Of a stretch of 64,000 nucleotides of DNA, positions 24,805 through 38,118 are shown in pieces. This DNA comes from Leucoraja erinacea. Lineage: Eukaryota. The DNA lies in the NCBI RefSeq assembly GCF_028641065.1, contig NW_026576105.1, positions 124,001 to 188,000 on the forward strand. The letters are read 5' to 3'. Made by a program: the position numbers and the translations under genes. Under the pieces are notes generated by a model, which worked only from the letters and a program-made list of their open reading frames with translations, was not told the origin of the DNA and did not search any database. Positions within the stretch are counted from its first letter, which is position 1. Every line of letters begins with the position of its first letter.

Positions 24805-26439
24805 GCCGGCGATTTCCAATACATGCAGCATGTGCGCTGCTTACAACAGAGGCCGAGACACTCACGCAGGAACATTACAATATTGTACTTGATAAGTGGA
24901 ATAACGGGAACGGCCAAATAGTGTATTTGTCGCTATTAAGAAGGCTTCCAGCATGGACATGGGGATTTGTATTATCCGCATTTAATGGCGGCCACATGCC
25001 GGATAAGGAAAGCGGCTGCTGAAAATGAAATGACTGGCTGTGTTATTTCTGCACAAGACAGCGGAATCAGTACATCGGTAGATTGCAAACAGCTAAAAAC
25101 GATTGTGTCGAAATATAGATATGGTGGGGAAGGAAAGGTGGGAATGCAACTTCCGCTGTAAACTATTGGAAAATGATCATACATGCACCTTGTTGGTTCG
25201 ATGGATTGCTTTATTGCTCCACCGCGTGGCGCCAGCAATGGCTGCCTCGCCTACAGTCTGTTTGTCCTTTCTTTCCTTTGTGTTTGATAGTATGTGTTAA
25301 TTGTACGTTTTTAGTGTTCTTTAGCCTGTTTTATGTGGGAGGGGGGGGGGGGGGTGCGTGGATGGGGCGGGGTGGGGGTGGAGGGGGGGGGGGGCGGCGG
25401 TGGAGGAAACTTTGGAGGAGGAGAGGGATGGTGGCTGTGCCTTGGTTTTTACCCTATTAGTGACACGCCGTTTGTAACGGCGCCACCTGCCTTGTCTGCT
25501 GCTCTGATCCCTGTCACTGACTGATCGATCTGAGATTGGTCACAGCTGGGTCCAATTAGTTGATATTCGTTGAGCACTTGAATCATTTGAATCACTTGAA
25601 CCAATCCCAGCGTCGTCGCACATGCGCCTTGATGGCGAGGGACAGTGCCCCCATGCGGTTGATACTTATGTAAGTAAAACATATCACGTAATTTCACTCT
25701 ACTGCATGTGTCGGTGTGGTTATTGACGAAGGCTGCCGTCATCACCGCCCGTACAACTTTCTTTGAACTAAATCACAAAGAGGGACTTCGTTGGTCAGGC
25801 AGCATCTGTGGAAGGCATGGACAGACTACTTTCTTGGCCAGGACCGTTCTTCAGACCCTATCGTTTCGCTCCCCAGATGATGTTCAGTCTGCTGAGTTGC
25901 TCCAGCACATTCAGTTTTGCACAATATTCCAGAATCTGCCGTTTCTTGTGTATTTACTCTTCTGGCCACCTTTGGATTGGATTCAATTTATTGTCATTGT
26001 CTCATTAGAGACAACGAAATGGATTTTACAGTCATAATTTGATTTGTTTTTTAAAGCACAAACACAGAAGTCCACGACACAACATTCCCACAGCGGCACC
26101 AAAGTTAGGGAAGGAACAAAACTCCAGTCAGCCTCCTCGCTGATCTTCCCAGATGTTCACCCGTGGTCGGGGCCTCCCGCGCACCCCGTAGTCGCCGCCT
26201 CGGGCGGCCCGATGCTCAGGCCATCTCGCCGGGAATGATAGCACCCCGACGTCGAACCCCGACGAAGAACATTCTTAGCGGCCCCGGCCTCCAAATCAGC
26301 CACCTCCCAGCGGAGTACGCAGCTCAAGGCGCGTGCCTTCTCTCCTTTCCGGTTTGACGTAAACGTTTACATGTGTCTATCAGCACACGGATGCGGCCTG
26401 ACCTGCTAAGTATTTCCATCGTTTTCTGTTTTATTATGA

Positions 26440-26775
26440 AACATAGACATTAGGTGCAGGAGTTGGCCATTCGAGCCTGTACCGCCATTCAATATGACAA
26501 TGGATGATCATCCAACTCAACATCCCGTCCCTGCCTTCTCTCCATATCCCCTGATCCCTTTAGCCACCAGGGCCACATCCAAATCCCTCTTAAATATAGC
26601 CAATGAACTGGCCTCAACTACCTTCTGTGGCAGAGAATTCCACAGATTCACCACTCTCTGTGTAAAAAATGATTTTCTCATCCCGGTCCTAAAAGATTTC
26701 CCCCTTATCCTTAAACTGTGACCCCCCAGTTGGGACTTCCCCAACATCGGGAATCATCTTCCTGCATCTAGCCTG
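26440..26775 (-). mobile_element. CR1/HER1 LINE 3' end
   Basis: ORF ...FFTQRVVNLWNSLPQKVVEA... Confidence 0.85.
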
Positions 26776-26969
26776 TCCATACACGGGTGATAGCAGAAAG
26801 CCACTTTGCCTCCACAGGCCATTGCCATTCGTGAATAGGGTACCGCTCAGTGACATAGAGATGGGGAAAACATAAGTTCATTAAAGTAAGATTAAATTAT
26901 GATTCATTCCACGGATGGCAATGGCTTGCGGAGGCCAAGTGGCTTTCTGCTATCATCCGTGCATGGACA
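26774..26969. mobile_element. MITE-like element with about 62-bp terminal inverted repeats
   Basis: tgtccatacacgggtgatagcagaaagccact... vs ...agtggctttctgctatcatccgtgcatggaca, with a loop of about 70 nt. Confidence 0.6.
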
Positions 26970-27514
26970 AATGATTGTGTATACGTGCACACAGATATTG
27001 AGAAATTCCAGACGTTGATGGGGACATGTTAAGCGATCGACTGTTGTGGAGTTGATTATCGACAGTCTCCTGGCGTCCGTTATTCAGGCGCTCTCAGACT
27101 CGCCTCAACTTGAACCCGCTGATCTTTAATTCAAGATATGTTTAACGGTTGGATCAGAGAGTCACTTTGCCATTTGCTGCATCGGTCACTCTGCAGTCCA
27201 AAACAACTGCTGGCCGGTTAGAGACACAAATTTCACAAAAGCACTTGCGTACAGTTCCAATACGTATCCGTGGCAGCAAACTGCTGCAGTAGGTAAGGCG
27301 GTTCACAGCCAGAGCAGAGGAAGGAAGGAAGTGAGGGCGGGGCGGATTGGCGCTGGTGCCAACTGTCGGAAACTGTTAGCTGCAGCTGGTGATTGTGCGC
27401 GGGGGGTTGGAAACGGAAGTTGTTGATTTGCAAGAGTGGTTGTGACCCAATTGTTGCCACCGGGCGACTGACAAATAGGAGACGGGGGAGGGGAAAGTTA
27501 AATAACCTGCAGCA

Positions 27515-27830
27515 CATTGGAGCGGCGGTCGAGTTTCTGCCCGCGAGCGCTCAAACCTCCAGAGACCCGGGTTCGATCCCGACTACGGGTGTTAGCTGTG
27601 GGGAGTTTGTACGTCGTCCCCGTGACAACGTGGGTCTTCTCCGAGATCGTCGGCTTCCTTCCACACTCCATATATAGGACGTATTGGTTTGTATGTTAAT
27701 AGGCTTGGTATAGATTTAAATGTGTCCCTAGTATGTGTAGGATAGTGTTAGTGTGAAGGGGTTCAAGGTCGCCGCGGACACGGTGGGACAAAATACCCCT
27801 TTTCCGCGGTGTATCTGTAAACTAAAAACT
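27515..27830 (+). mobile_element. tRNA-derived SINE (HE1/V-SINE-like)
   Basis: B box GGTTCGATCC; same body as 23900-24210. Confidence 0.7.
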
Positions 27831-28014
27831 ATCCTCAGCTAATAAACATAGAAAACATAGAAAATAAATGCAGGAGTAGGCCATTCGGCCCAATAGCAGG
27901 AATAGCGCCCGGTGTCGCTCCTCTCTACATGAAATGTATATCCACACGATTACATACAACGCAGGCAGACGTTGCCTGTGTTACTGCTCGGCCAGCAACG
28001 CAGTGTTTTGGTAG

Positions 28015-28605
28015 AGAAACTCCAGTTGTATAGGGATCTGGCGAGACCACAAATGGAGTATTGTGTACAGTTTTGGTATCCTAATTTGATGAAGGACATC
28101 CTTGTGATTGAGGCAGTGCAGTCTAGGTTCGCGAGATTGATCCCTGGGATGGCGGGACGGTCATATGAGGGACGATTGAAAAGACTAGGCTTATATTCAC
28201 TGCAGTTTAGAAGGATGAGGGGCAGAATTATAGAAACATATAAAATTATAAAAGGACTGGACAAGCTAGATGCAGGAAAAATGTTCCCAATGTGGGGCGA
28301 GTCCAGAACCAGGGGCCATGGTTTTAGAATCAAAGGGAGGCCATTTAAGACTGAGGTGGGAATAAACTTTTCATCCAGAGGGTTGTGAATTTATGGAATT
28401 CCATGCCACAGATGGTGTCCAAGTCACTGGTTGAATTTAAGAGAGAGTTAGATATAGCTCTAGGGGCTAGTGGAGTCAAGGGATATGGGGAGAAGGCAGG
28501 TACGGGTTATTGATAGGGGACGATCACCCATGACCACAATGAATGGCGGTGCTGGCTCGAAGGGCCGAATGGCTTCCTCCTGCACATATTCTCTATGTTT
28601 CTATC
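28015..28605 (+). mobile_element. CR1 LINE 3' fragment
   Basis: ORF RPQMEYCVQFWYPNL... Confidence 0.85.
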
Positions 28606-28654
28606 ATGTTCCGACATCATGGCATAATAGTGTCCGACTGACGATGGCGACTTA

Positions 28655-29290
28655 CACATAGAAACATACAATGTAGATGCAGGAGTAGGCCATTCGGCCC
28701 TTCGAGCCTGCACCGCCATTCAATATGACCATGGCTGATCATCCAACTCAGTATCCTGTACCTGCCTTCTCTCCATACCCCTTGATCCCTTTAGCCACAA
28801 GGGCCACATCTAACTCCCTCTTAAATATAGCCAATGAACTGGCCTCAACTACCTTCTGCGGCAGAGAATTCCAGAGATTCACCACTCCCTGTGTGAAAAA
28901 AGCTTTCCTCATCTCGGTCCTAAAAGATTTCCTTCTTATCCTTAAACTGTGACCCCTTGTTCTGGACTTCCCCAACATCGGGAACAACCTTTCTGCATCT
29001 AGCCTGTCCAACCCATTAAGAATTTTGTAAGTTTCTATAAGATCCCCCCACAATCTTCTAAATTCTAGCGAGTACAAACCGAGTCTATCCAGTCTTCCTT
29101 CATATGAAAATCTTGACATCCCAGGAATCAGTCTGGTGAACCTTCTCTGTACTCCCTCTATGGCAAGAATGTCTTTCCTCAGATTAGGAGACCAAAACTG
29201 TAAGCAATACTCCAGGTGTGGTCTCACCATGACCCTGTACAACTGCAGTAGAACCTCCCTGCTCCTATACTCAAATCCTTTTGCTATGAA
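28655..29290 (-). mobile_element. CR1 LINE 3' fragment (young, open ORF)
   Basis: 185-aa ORF LYRVMVRPHLEYCLQFWSP...WNSLP. Confidence 0.9.
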
Positions 29291-29869
29291 TCCACATTTG
29301 CTCACAGAATAAATAACTGTCCACTAACATCCTTCAAATGCAGTGTAAAGTCCAACACCTGGTCCGCACGGGCCCTACATTATGGGCACAAACAATCTCT
29401 TGAATAAATATGACGCCTGCAGAGAAAGTGCAGGTTAACTAAAAGTGCAAGAGTCGCAGCAAGGTAGACTGGGAAATCGGAAATAAATCCTTGGCTTACG
29501 CGAGGTCCACTCAAGAGTCTTACAATTGCAGGGAAGAAGCTGTCCTTGAATCTAGTAGTTTTAATCATTTGTCTCTTCTGTCGGAGAGGAGGAGGGAGGG
29601 GAGAAAAGATCTAACGTTTGACGAGAGCTTTGATTGTGTCAGGTGCTCTCCTGCTGCTGATGCCTTCTTGTAGATTTTCCTCTATCAGAGCACTTCCGCA
29701 CACATTTCGTTTGCGTGAGATGGAGATGACAATATAACCACCGTTTTATTGGTGGCCTGCACAAAGTGACGTGAGGCTAGCTCCCACCAGCGCTCTCAAT
29801 TCTGCCTGACGGACGCACTGAAGGTATTCAGGAGAGTCAGCAAAGTTGGTGCCGCCACGGGGATCGAAG

Positions 29870-31473
29870 ATGCGCCTCATGGTACAAACTGCCATGTGGG
29901 CGACATTCATTATCAGTAAGAATTTTCATTGTATTAAACAGCGGCGTTTTTGCAGAAAGATGGCTTCGGTCAACTGCTGTAGCTCATTTGTTGGACCAGA
30001 CCTACAATCCAACACGTATTCTGCGTCTCCAGTAACACAAATATGTTTAAGAGTTTAATGGTTGAAAGAGCAATGCAATCGACATTGGAAGAGTTGCAGC
30101 TCCGTAGCATTGAAATTCCGTGTTCAAAATGTATCATGGGTGATTAAGCCGCATTCCGTGCACTGTGTTCTGTTTGGGAAGAATGCTACGGGAAGGGTGT
30201 CATTCTGCTGGACTCCGTCTATAGATGGTTTACCCATTCCCTGAACGCGTGTATAGATGGTTTACAACGACTTTGCCCGAATTTGATCGCGAGATATATC
30301 GAGCGGTTGGACAGTGTGGGATTGTATTCCTTGAAGCGCAGAGCTGAACGTATGGAGGTGCATGAAATTATAAGGAAAATAGATAGGATGAATGCACCGT
30401 TTTCCTTCACCAAGAGAAAGAGGTTCAATATGATTTAGATCTAGATACAGATCTAAGCGGAGTCATTTTAGAGTAATCTGAGGGGCATTTTATTACTCAA
30501 AGGGTGGTCACTAGATTGAACTTGAGCTGCCGGGTAGTTGAGGCAGGTTCTATAATTGCAGGAATTGGCAGGACAATAATTGTTCGGCACGGTCTTGTAG
30601 CGCCGAGATGGCCTGTTTCCGTGCTGTGATTATTATATGGTTATATGGTTATATAATGGGCATCTGAAAAACACTTGGACAGGTACATCGAGGGGGGAAG
30701 ATATAAAGAGACGCCCGCCTATCGCGGTAACTGGGGCCAACGTAGATGGGGCACCATAGTTGTCAAGGACGAGTTGGGTCGAAAGGTCTCTTTAATGGCA
30801 ACCTCTTTCATGGTCTCTTTTATGTCTATTTGATTCTATGGACGCCGGTAAATCATGCAGGAACGGACAGAATGTTCTTTGTCAAGGAAATATGTAACGG
30901 CTCCACACCACGGGAATATAGAGCTAAATATTATAAATAAATCAAACAGATTCCAGAATAGAACACGAGGGGAGAGTGGTGTGTGATCGATGGCGGTGCA
31001 CTGGGACGAAAGAGGAAGTGAGCGTCAGGATACACTTGCCCGTCTGTGAGATATGCAAGGACTGACTATCTGCCGTAAATACAATTGTTGTTGTCACATA
31101 TTCGTTCCACGGTCTTTTGAGGTCAGTTTTTGATGATTTAAGTCAAATAATCGCTCCGCTTAACGCGTTGCAGGTCGGGGTGATGCTGATTCCGTGACCC
31201 AAGAGAAGACTTCTCTGACGCATACAGAGGGGGAAAACGCCATTTTAACATGCACCTTTGCCAAGGATGGTTACTACTTGTTCTGGTACCGCCAGTACCC
31301 CGACGGTCACCCGGAGTTTCTGCTCCGGAGATACACTGACGGACAGTATAACGACAAGGCGGATTTCGCTCGTGAGCGGTTTTCTGACGAAGTTCAGCAG
31401 TCAACGAAAACATATCAGATGACTATTTCGGAGCTACTGCTGTCTGACACGGCGATGTATTACTGTGCAATCG
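29870..31473 (+). CDS. V3: TCR alpha/delta-type V segment (leader 29870-29915, V exon 31174-31473)
   Basis: Leader MRLMVQTAMWATFII-A|gtaaga, acceptor gttgcag|GT; RGDADSVTQ...AILTCTF...LFWYRQYP...TISELLLSDTAMYYCAI. Confidence 0.9.
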
Positions 31474-31512
31474 CACAGTGTTGGGAACGGCGTGCAGACT
31501 CGTACAATAACT
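31474..31512 (+). promoter_or_regulatory. V-RSS of V3 (23-bp spacer)
   Basis: CACAGTG - 23 nt - ACAATAACT. Confidence 0.92.
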
Positions 31513-31779
31513 GCTGCAGGTTTCTGAGGCACATCTGCTGCAGATGTTCAGCTATGTAGCTTATTGTGGCGCAGGCAGTGGCGCCGGAAACCATTTGCTG
31601 TAAGCGGAAACGCCACTCGCTCCACATGATATCTCCATTCCGTCAAAATATTGCACTAACAGCAAACTTTAACATGTGTACCACGAAATTTCACGACTTA
31701 ATAGCAAAAAGCAACGTTGTACGTAGTTGTTGATTTAACAGAGCGGCGCAGCTTTCGAAATACCTCACGCCTATTTAGA

Positions 31780-32516
31780 CTTTTGGAGAGGTCCCCCTCC
31801 CCTCACCCCACTCACCATCAACAACAGCACAGTCACATATGTGGAGTATTGTAAGTTCCTGTGAACCATCATCTCCAAGGACTTTAAATGGGGGGCTACC
31901 ATCGACTCCACGGTCAAAAATGCACAACACAGTATGTACTTCCTACGGCACTGATGAAGCACAATCTGCCACCGGTAATGATGGTCCAATTCTATACGGA
32001 CATCGTAGAGTCTGTCCTCACCTTAACCATCATGGTCTGGTTTGGCGCGACATCTGGAGGCCGCAGCGAATCGTCCGATCAGCTGAGAAGGCTATTGGCA
32101 GCAACCGTCCCTCCATTGATGAACTGTACACTGCAGGGGCAGGGAAGCGAGCGGGTAAGATCATTTCTGACCCCTCTCACCCTGGCCACAACCACAACCT
32201 CTTCGGATCACTTCTCTCTGGAAGGCGACTCCGGACTGTCAAAGCTGCCACAGCCAGACATAAAAACAACTTTTTTTCCACGAGTAGTAGCTCTACTCAA
32301 TAACCAAAAACCTGTAGCCTCCTTTTGCTCTGATGTTTTATTTAATTAACATATTTAATCAATAATGTGTTGTTATTATTAATGTTTAATGTTTTATGTG
32401 TCATTCCTAACTGTCACTGTATGTCGTTGTCACTTGCGGGCGGAGCACCAATATAAATTCCTTGTATGTGAATACTTGGCCAATAAACCTATTCATTCAT
32501 TCATTCATTCATTCAT
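31780..32516 (+). mobile_element. Rex1/Babar-type LINE 3' fragment with (ATTC)n tail
   Basis: FYTDIVESVLT...VWFG and DPSHPGH...LLSGRRLRT motifs; microsatellite tail. Confidence 0.8.
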
Positions 32517-32899
32517 AATGAAGTTTGTATGTTTTTATTCAAACAGAGCTATGGAGAACAAATTATATATATTTACGAACAACCTCCTTGGGCTGTCACC
32601 TTTGCTACCCTATTGCTGATCCCTCTTGAATAGATGGCCATTTCCAAACTCAGTTAAGGTGGATGATGATATAATTTGTACAATAGTCGAGTGCCGAAGA
32701 CAAGAGGTGAGAGATAACGGTGGGAAGGGAAATATGTACAATGTATCGGAGGGCAACCTTTGCAAACAGCGGGCTATGGGTTCATGGAACCAGCTCACAC
32801 GTGTTGCTGGGCGAACTAGAGCAACTACAGCCGTTAAAAAAACTTGAACAAAGAATACTTGGAGTTGACTGGAGCATGTTATTTGAGGGACAGGAACAT

Positions 32900-34995
32900 C
32901 GGCCAAGTGGGATGTTTTTAAAAGTGTGCGGGTCTGTGCGGATTTAAAAGCTCAGGATCTGTACGTCCCCGTTAGAGTGAAGGGAAAATCAGGAAAATGT
33001 AAGGAAGCTTGGCTGACGAGGGAAATTTAGGCGTTGTTCAAGAACAAGGAGGATGCATGGCACATGTATAGACAACAGGGATCAAGTGGAACCTTGGAGG
33101 ACATTCGGGAACTAAGGAGTAAACTGAAAAAAGGAGATCAGAAGGGCAGAAATGGGCGAGGAGATAGCTCTGGCGTTAAGCATTAAGGACAATCCCAAAA
33201 TATTTTATAAACGCATACGGGGGAAAGGGTAACTAGAGAGAGAGTGGGACCTCTCAGAAATCAAAGCGGTCACCTCTGTGTGGAGCCACAGGAGATGGAC
33301 ACAGTCCTCAATAAATATTTCTCCTCTGTATTGACCGAGGAGAAATGCAATAGGCCGAGATACTTGGTGGCAGTCACTGGGAGGGTCTAGAGAGCAGCCA
33401 GTGTCACCGTGGAAGCAGTACTGAAGGTACTGTCGTGTATGAAGGTAGCCAACCCTCCAGGGCCTTACCAGATATATCCGTGGAAATTGCAGGAAACTAC
33501 AGAGCAAATTGCGGGAGCCCTGGTTGAAATTGATGTCATCTTTAAATGCAAGAGAGGTGCCGGAGGACTGGAGGGTGGCAAATGTTGTGGCTCTTTTCAA
33601 GAAGGGCTGCAGGGGAAATGCTGCGAACTCTAGACCAGTGAGCTGAACATCTGTAGTTGGAATGTTACGAGAGAGTATTCTGATGAATATGTTATAAAAG
33701 CATTTGGATGGGCAAGGGTTGAGTAGGGATAGTCAACATGGTTTGTACGTGGGAGATCGTGTCTCACAAATCTGAGTGATGTTTTGAAGACGTGACCAAA
33801 AAGGCCGACAAGGGTAGTGCTATCGAGGTTGTGTACATGGATTTCAGTAAAGCATTGGACCAGGGTCCGCATGGTCGGCTGCTCTGAAATGTTAGATCCA
33901 AGGAGAGCTAGCTATATGGACAATACATTGGCTCAATGGACAGAAGCAGAGGGTGAAGGTGGAAGATTGCTTCTCAGACTGGAGGCCTGTGACTAGTATG
34001 TGCCTCAGGGTTCGGTGCTGGGCCCGTTACTGTTTGTCATCAACATCAATGATTTGGATGAGAACATACAGGGAAATATTAGCAAGTTTGCTGATTATAC
34101 AAAAGTGAGTGGTTTTGCAGATGGTGAAGATGGCTGTGAAGTATTGTAGCAGGATCTGGATCGATTGGCAAGGTGGGCGGAGGAAAGGTTGATGGAATTT
34201 AATACAGAGAAGTGTGAAGTGTTTTGGGACGTCCAACAGGGACAGGGCCTATACAGCAAATGGTCGGCCTCTGGGTAGTGTGGTAGAGCAGTGGGATCAA
34301 GGAGTACAGGTGCATGGTTCCTTGAAGGTCAAGTGGCAGGTTGATAAGGTGGTCAAGAAGAATTGTGCCACTTTAGCCTACATCAGTCAGAATATTGAGT
34401 ATGGAAGTTGGGCGGTCATGTTGCAGTTCTATAAGACGTTGATGAAACCGCATTTAGAATATTGTGTTCAGTTCTGGGCACCGTGTTATAGCAAAGATAT
34501 TTTCAAGCTTGAAACGGTTCAAAAAAGATTTACGAGGATTTTGCCAAGATGAGAGGGTGCGAGTTATAGAGAGAGGTTGAGTAGACTAGGTCCCTATTTC
34601 ATGTAGAGTAGGAGGATGTGGATGATCTTATTGAGGTGTACAAAATCATGAGATGAATAGATCGGGTAGATGTACAGAGTCCCTTGTCCAGACTGGGGGA
34701 ATCGAGGACTAGAGGACATTGGACCAAGGTGAACGGGAAAAGATTTAGTAGGAATCCGAGCGGTAACTTTTTCAAGCAGTGGGTGTTGGATGTTTGCAGC
34801 AAGCTGCCAGATGAGACAGTTGAGGCTTGGACTACCCCGTCGATTAAGAAATAGTTGGACAGGTACATGCCTAGGACAGGTTTGAAGTGATACGGACCAA
34901 GCGGTGGCAAGTGGGACTAGTTTAGCTGGGGATGTGATGGCCTGTGTGGGCAAGTTGTGACGAAGGGCCTGTTTCCACGCTGTATCACTTTATGA
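32900..34995 (+). mobile_element. Degenerate CR1 LINE, about 2.1 kb
   Basis: KDNPKIFYK, YMDFSKA, VPQGSVLGPLLF, KFAD, PHLEYCVQFWAP across frames with stops. Confidence 0.9.
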
Positions 34996-35523
34996 CGGTC
35001 TGACAGTGACTTGATCGGAATTGGTGCGTTGGGCCGGCGGTCCCGTTTCCGTGTAACTCGCCTTAATTACTATTTATACCTTATATACCTTACATTTTAT
35101 TTACATTGCATCGAGCGGCGACGTCCATTCAACCCGGGGCTAGAATGCTCGTCGAATTAGGTGTATTTAATTGCATTCATTATCGTAAAAATGGAGTCAA
35201 TGAAAGGGCGTTCACGTCGCGCCCCTGTTTCCACCAACCTTTCCACCACCACGCACAAGAAGCGCAAGAAACGCAAGACAGACACCATTGTGTGCAGATT
35301 CCGAGAAGCGTGTGCAGCCCTGGCTTACACTTTCTAATCTTGTGATGCGGACTCGATAAGAAGAAGTCTGTAAACACGATTGTTTCGTCTTCAACCGGAA
35401 TATCAAAAGAAGTAATGACGATGTTGCAATCTAATTGCTCCCCAGAGGATGATATAAGACATAAATATTCGTGTGCTCGTGTTTATTTTAGCTGATGCAG
35501 CTCCGCAATCGAAATCAGGGAAG

Positions 35524-37604
35524 ATGCACGCGCCTGGAAACGGACCAATCTTCGCGACTTATTACACAATCCTTGCAGTCGTCGGTGTTCCAGGTAAAGC
35601 TTCGCCAAAGTTGATAAATACGTAACCGTGTCCATGATGATCCGATATGTTCCGCTCCGGCCGCCTTACTCTTCGGTTCTACACCACAATTTTCCACAAT
35701 TTGTCCCTTATCGTTGCTCTTAAAACTGCGAATTTTACACGCGGCAGCTTTGGTAAGGGCGTTACTTATTATATCCAGTCTTTACATTATTAAAATAATT
35801 TATTTTATGGCATAACCTATTTTCATAGTTGATTCGAAGTTCCCCTTATGTCTTAGTTTTGTTGCAAATATACTTTACTGGCGCTTTCAGATTCGTCCAT
35901 AAAACTCCACATATCCTGTTCCAATATGTCTACCCTGCCTTGCTTAAAATTGTCCTGTCCATGTTAATCTGTAAGTCATTTCAGTTATTAATTAACCTTG
36001 TCCTGTTTGAAGATAGACAAGTCAAGTGTGACGCGGCACATGTACCAAGCATATGTGGACAAGCTTTTCCCTTTGAGAATAGGGAAGATTCAAACGAGAG
36101 GACATGACTTCAGCATTAAGGGACAGAAGTTTAGGGATAATATGAGGGGGAACTTCTTTACTCAGAGAGTGGTAGCGGTGTGGAATGAACTTCCAGTGGA
36201 AGTGGTGGAGGCAGGTTCATTGGTATCATTTAAAAATAAATTGGATAGGCATATGGATGAGAAGGGAATGGAGGGTTATGGTATGAGTGCAGGCAGGTGG
36301 GACTAAGGGAAAAAAAGTTGTTCGGCACGGACTTGTAGGGCCGAGATGGCCTGTTTCCGTGCTGTAATTGTTATATGGTTTATATGGTTACCATAAAAAT
36401 CGTGCTTGCAACAGCATGACAGGCAACACGCACAAATATACATACCACGTAAATTATACCAGGCAGTGAAATTCATAAGACTGCGCAATTATGTCCATCG
36501 TAGTGCACGCGATAGGCCGTAGAGCTCGGTTTCGCGTGGCCATTTGATATCAGAAACAAGTAACCATCAAACCAATAACCGCTTCACGCTCTGCATTCAT
36601 TGCAACGATATGGGATTGCACGTCTGCTCCCAAAAGCCAGTTATGAAGAGATCACCGATAGATATTATTTACATAATCCCACTCTTTTCCTTGCAGCTAA
36701 CGTCCTGACGATTGCCATTCTGTCCCAGGGAAAGTGCGGCCTCTCGAAATGCATCACTCGGTACCTGGTATTCATGGCGGTGACGGATTTCCTGGTCATC
36801 GTCACGGCTGTGATATTCAGCCGCCTTCGGGCGATATATTTTCCAGTTAGTATCTTGTCCACCACGCCGGGTTGCAGTCTAATCATTGCGCTCAGCTCCG
36901 CTGCTAAAGATGCTTCCGTTTGGTTAACGGTGGCTTTCACCTTCGATCGGTGTGTGGCGATCTGCTGCCAAAAGCTGAAACTGAGGTATTGCACAGAGAA
37001 AACCGCGGCTGTTGTTATTGGAACCGTTTGCTTCCTCGCCTGTTTGAGAAACGTCCCGTTTTATTTTGAATTTGAACCGATGTACATTATCGATACAGTG
37101 CCCTGGTTCTGCAGCATAAAAGAAATATTTTATATTTCCGTCGCTTGGAGAGTGTATGAATGGTCGCACCGGATGTTAAACCCATGCGTTCCTTTCCTAC
37201 TGATTTTGATGCTCAATGTGCTGACGGTCAGATATATCCTGGCCGCCAACAGAGCACGCGGTAGACTTCTGGCCCAGAACAACGGAGAGAAACAGAGGGA
37301 CCCAGAGATGCAGAGCAGGAGAAAGTCCATCATTTTGCTCTTCGCCATCTCGGGCTGTTTTATTCTGCTCTGGGCCACGGACGTTGCAAATTTTCTATTT
37401 GTGCGAATCACAGCGAATAACTATGTCAGCGCCTCTAATTCCAATGACCCGAAGTTCATCTTTCAAGAAGGCGGATATATGTTGCAGTTTCTCAGTTCCT
37501 GCGCCAACACATTTATCTATGCGGGGACTCAGACTAAATTCAGACAGCAGCTGAAGACAACTATCCTATACCCTTTCAACATAATTAGACAACGGTTCAA
37601 ATAA
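35524..37604 (+). CDS. GPCR-3: GPR139-like receptor, 2 exons (35524-35593, 36697-37604), about 325 aa
   Basis: Exon 1 MHAPGNGPIFATYYTILAVVGVP-G|gtaaag, acceptor ccttgcag|CT; SVWLTVAFTFDRCVAICC, DPEMQSRRKSIILL, NTFIY. Confidence 0.92.
36053..36390 (+). mobile_element. Young CR1 3' end in the GPCR-3 intron
   Basis: Near-identical to 44480-44815 and the reverse complement of 63365-63740. Confidence 0.85.
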
Positions 37605-37931
37605 TAGTCAAGCCAAATAAAATTGTACGAAGGGTTCATAAAGGAAATAATATTTTCAGTCTACATTAGAATTAAAAATGGTCGGGTCAATTGCGCTTCA
37701 GGGTTTGTAATATTATTGTCACATTATTGGAAGTAATTGTTGAAACTTTGTGGACACAGATAAAAGTGTATATCTTAGCGGAAGGAAATTGCAAAATAAA
37801 ATTCCGTCAACTCGACTTTCTATGTTTATAGTTTTGACAAATATGAGCGTGGTTGGTCAGAGGAGCATTTACTCAACACCTTTATTTGGCTTTGACGCAA
37901 CGAGTTTCTGATACATTTCAAAGTATAAGGC

Positions 37932-38118
37932 NNNNNNNNNNNNNNNNNNNNNNNNNNNNNNNNNNNNNNNNNNNNNNNNNNNNNNNNNNNNNNNNNNNNN
38001 NNNNNNNNNNNNNNNNNNNNNNNNNNNNNNNNNNNNNNNNNNNNNNNNNNNNNNNNNNNNNNNNNNNNNNNNNNNNNNNNNNNNNNNNNNNNNNNNNNNN
38101 NNNNNNNNNNNNNNNNNN
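37932..38118. other. Assembly gap (187 N)
   Basis: Run of N. Confidence 1.
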
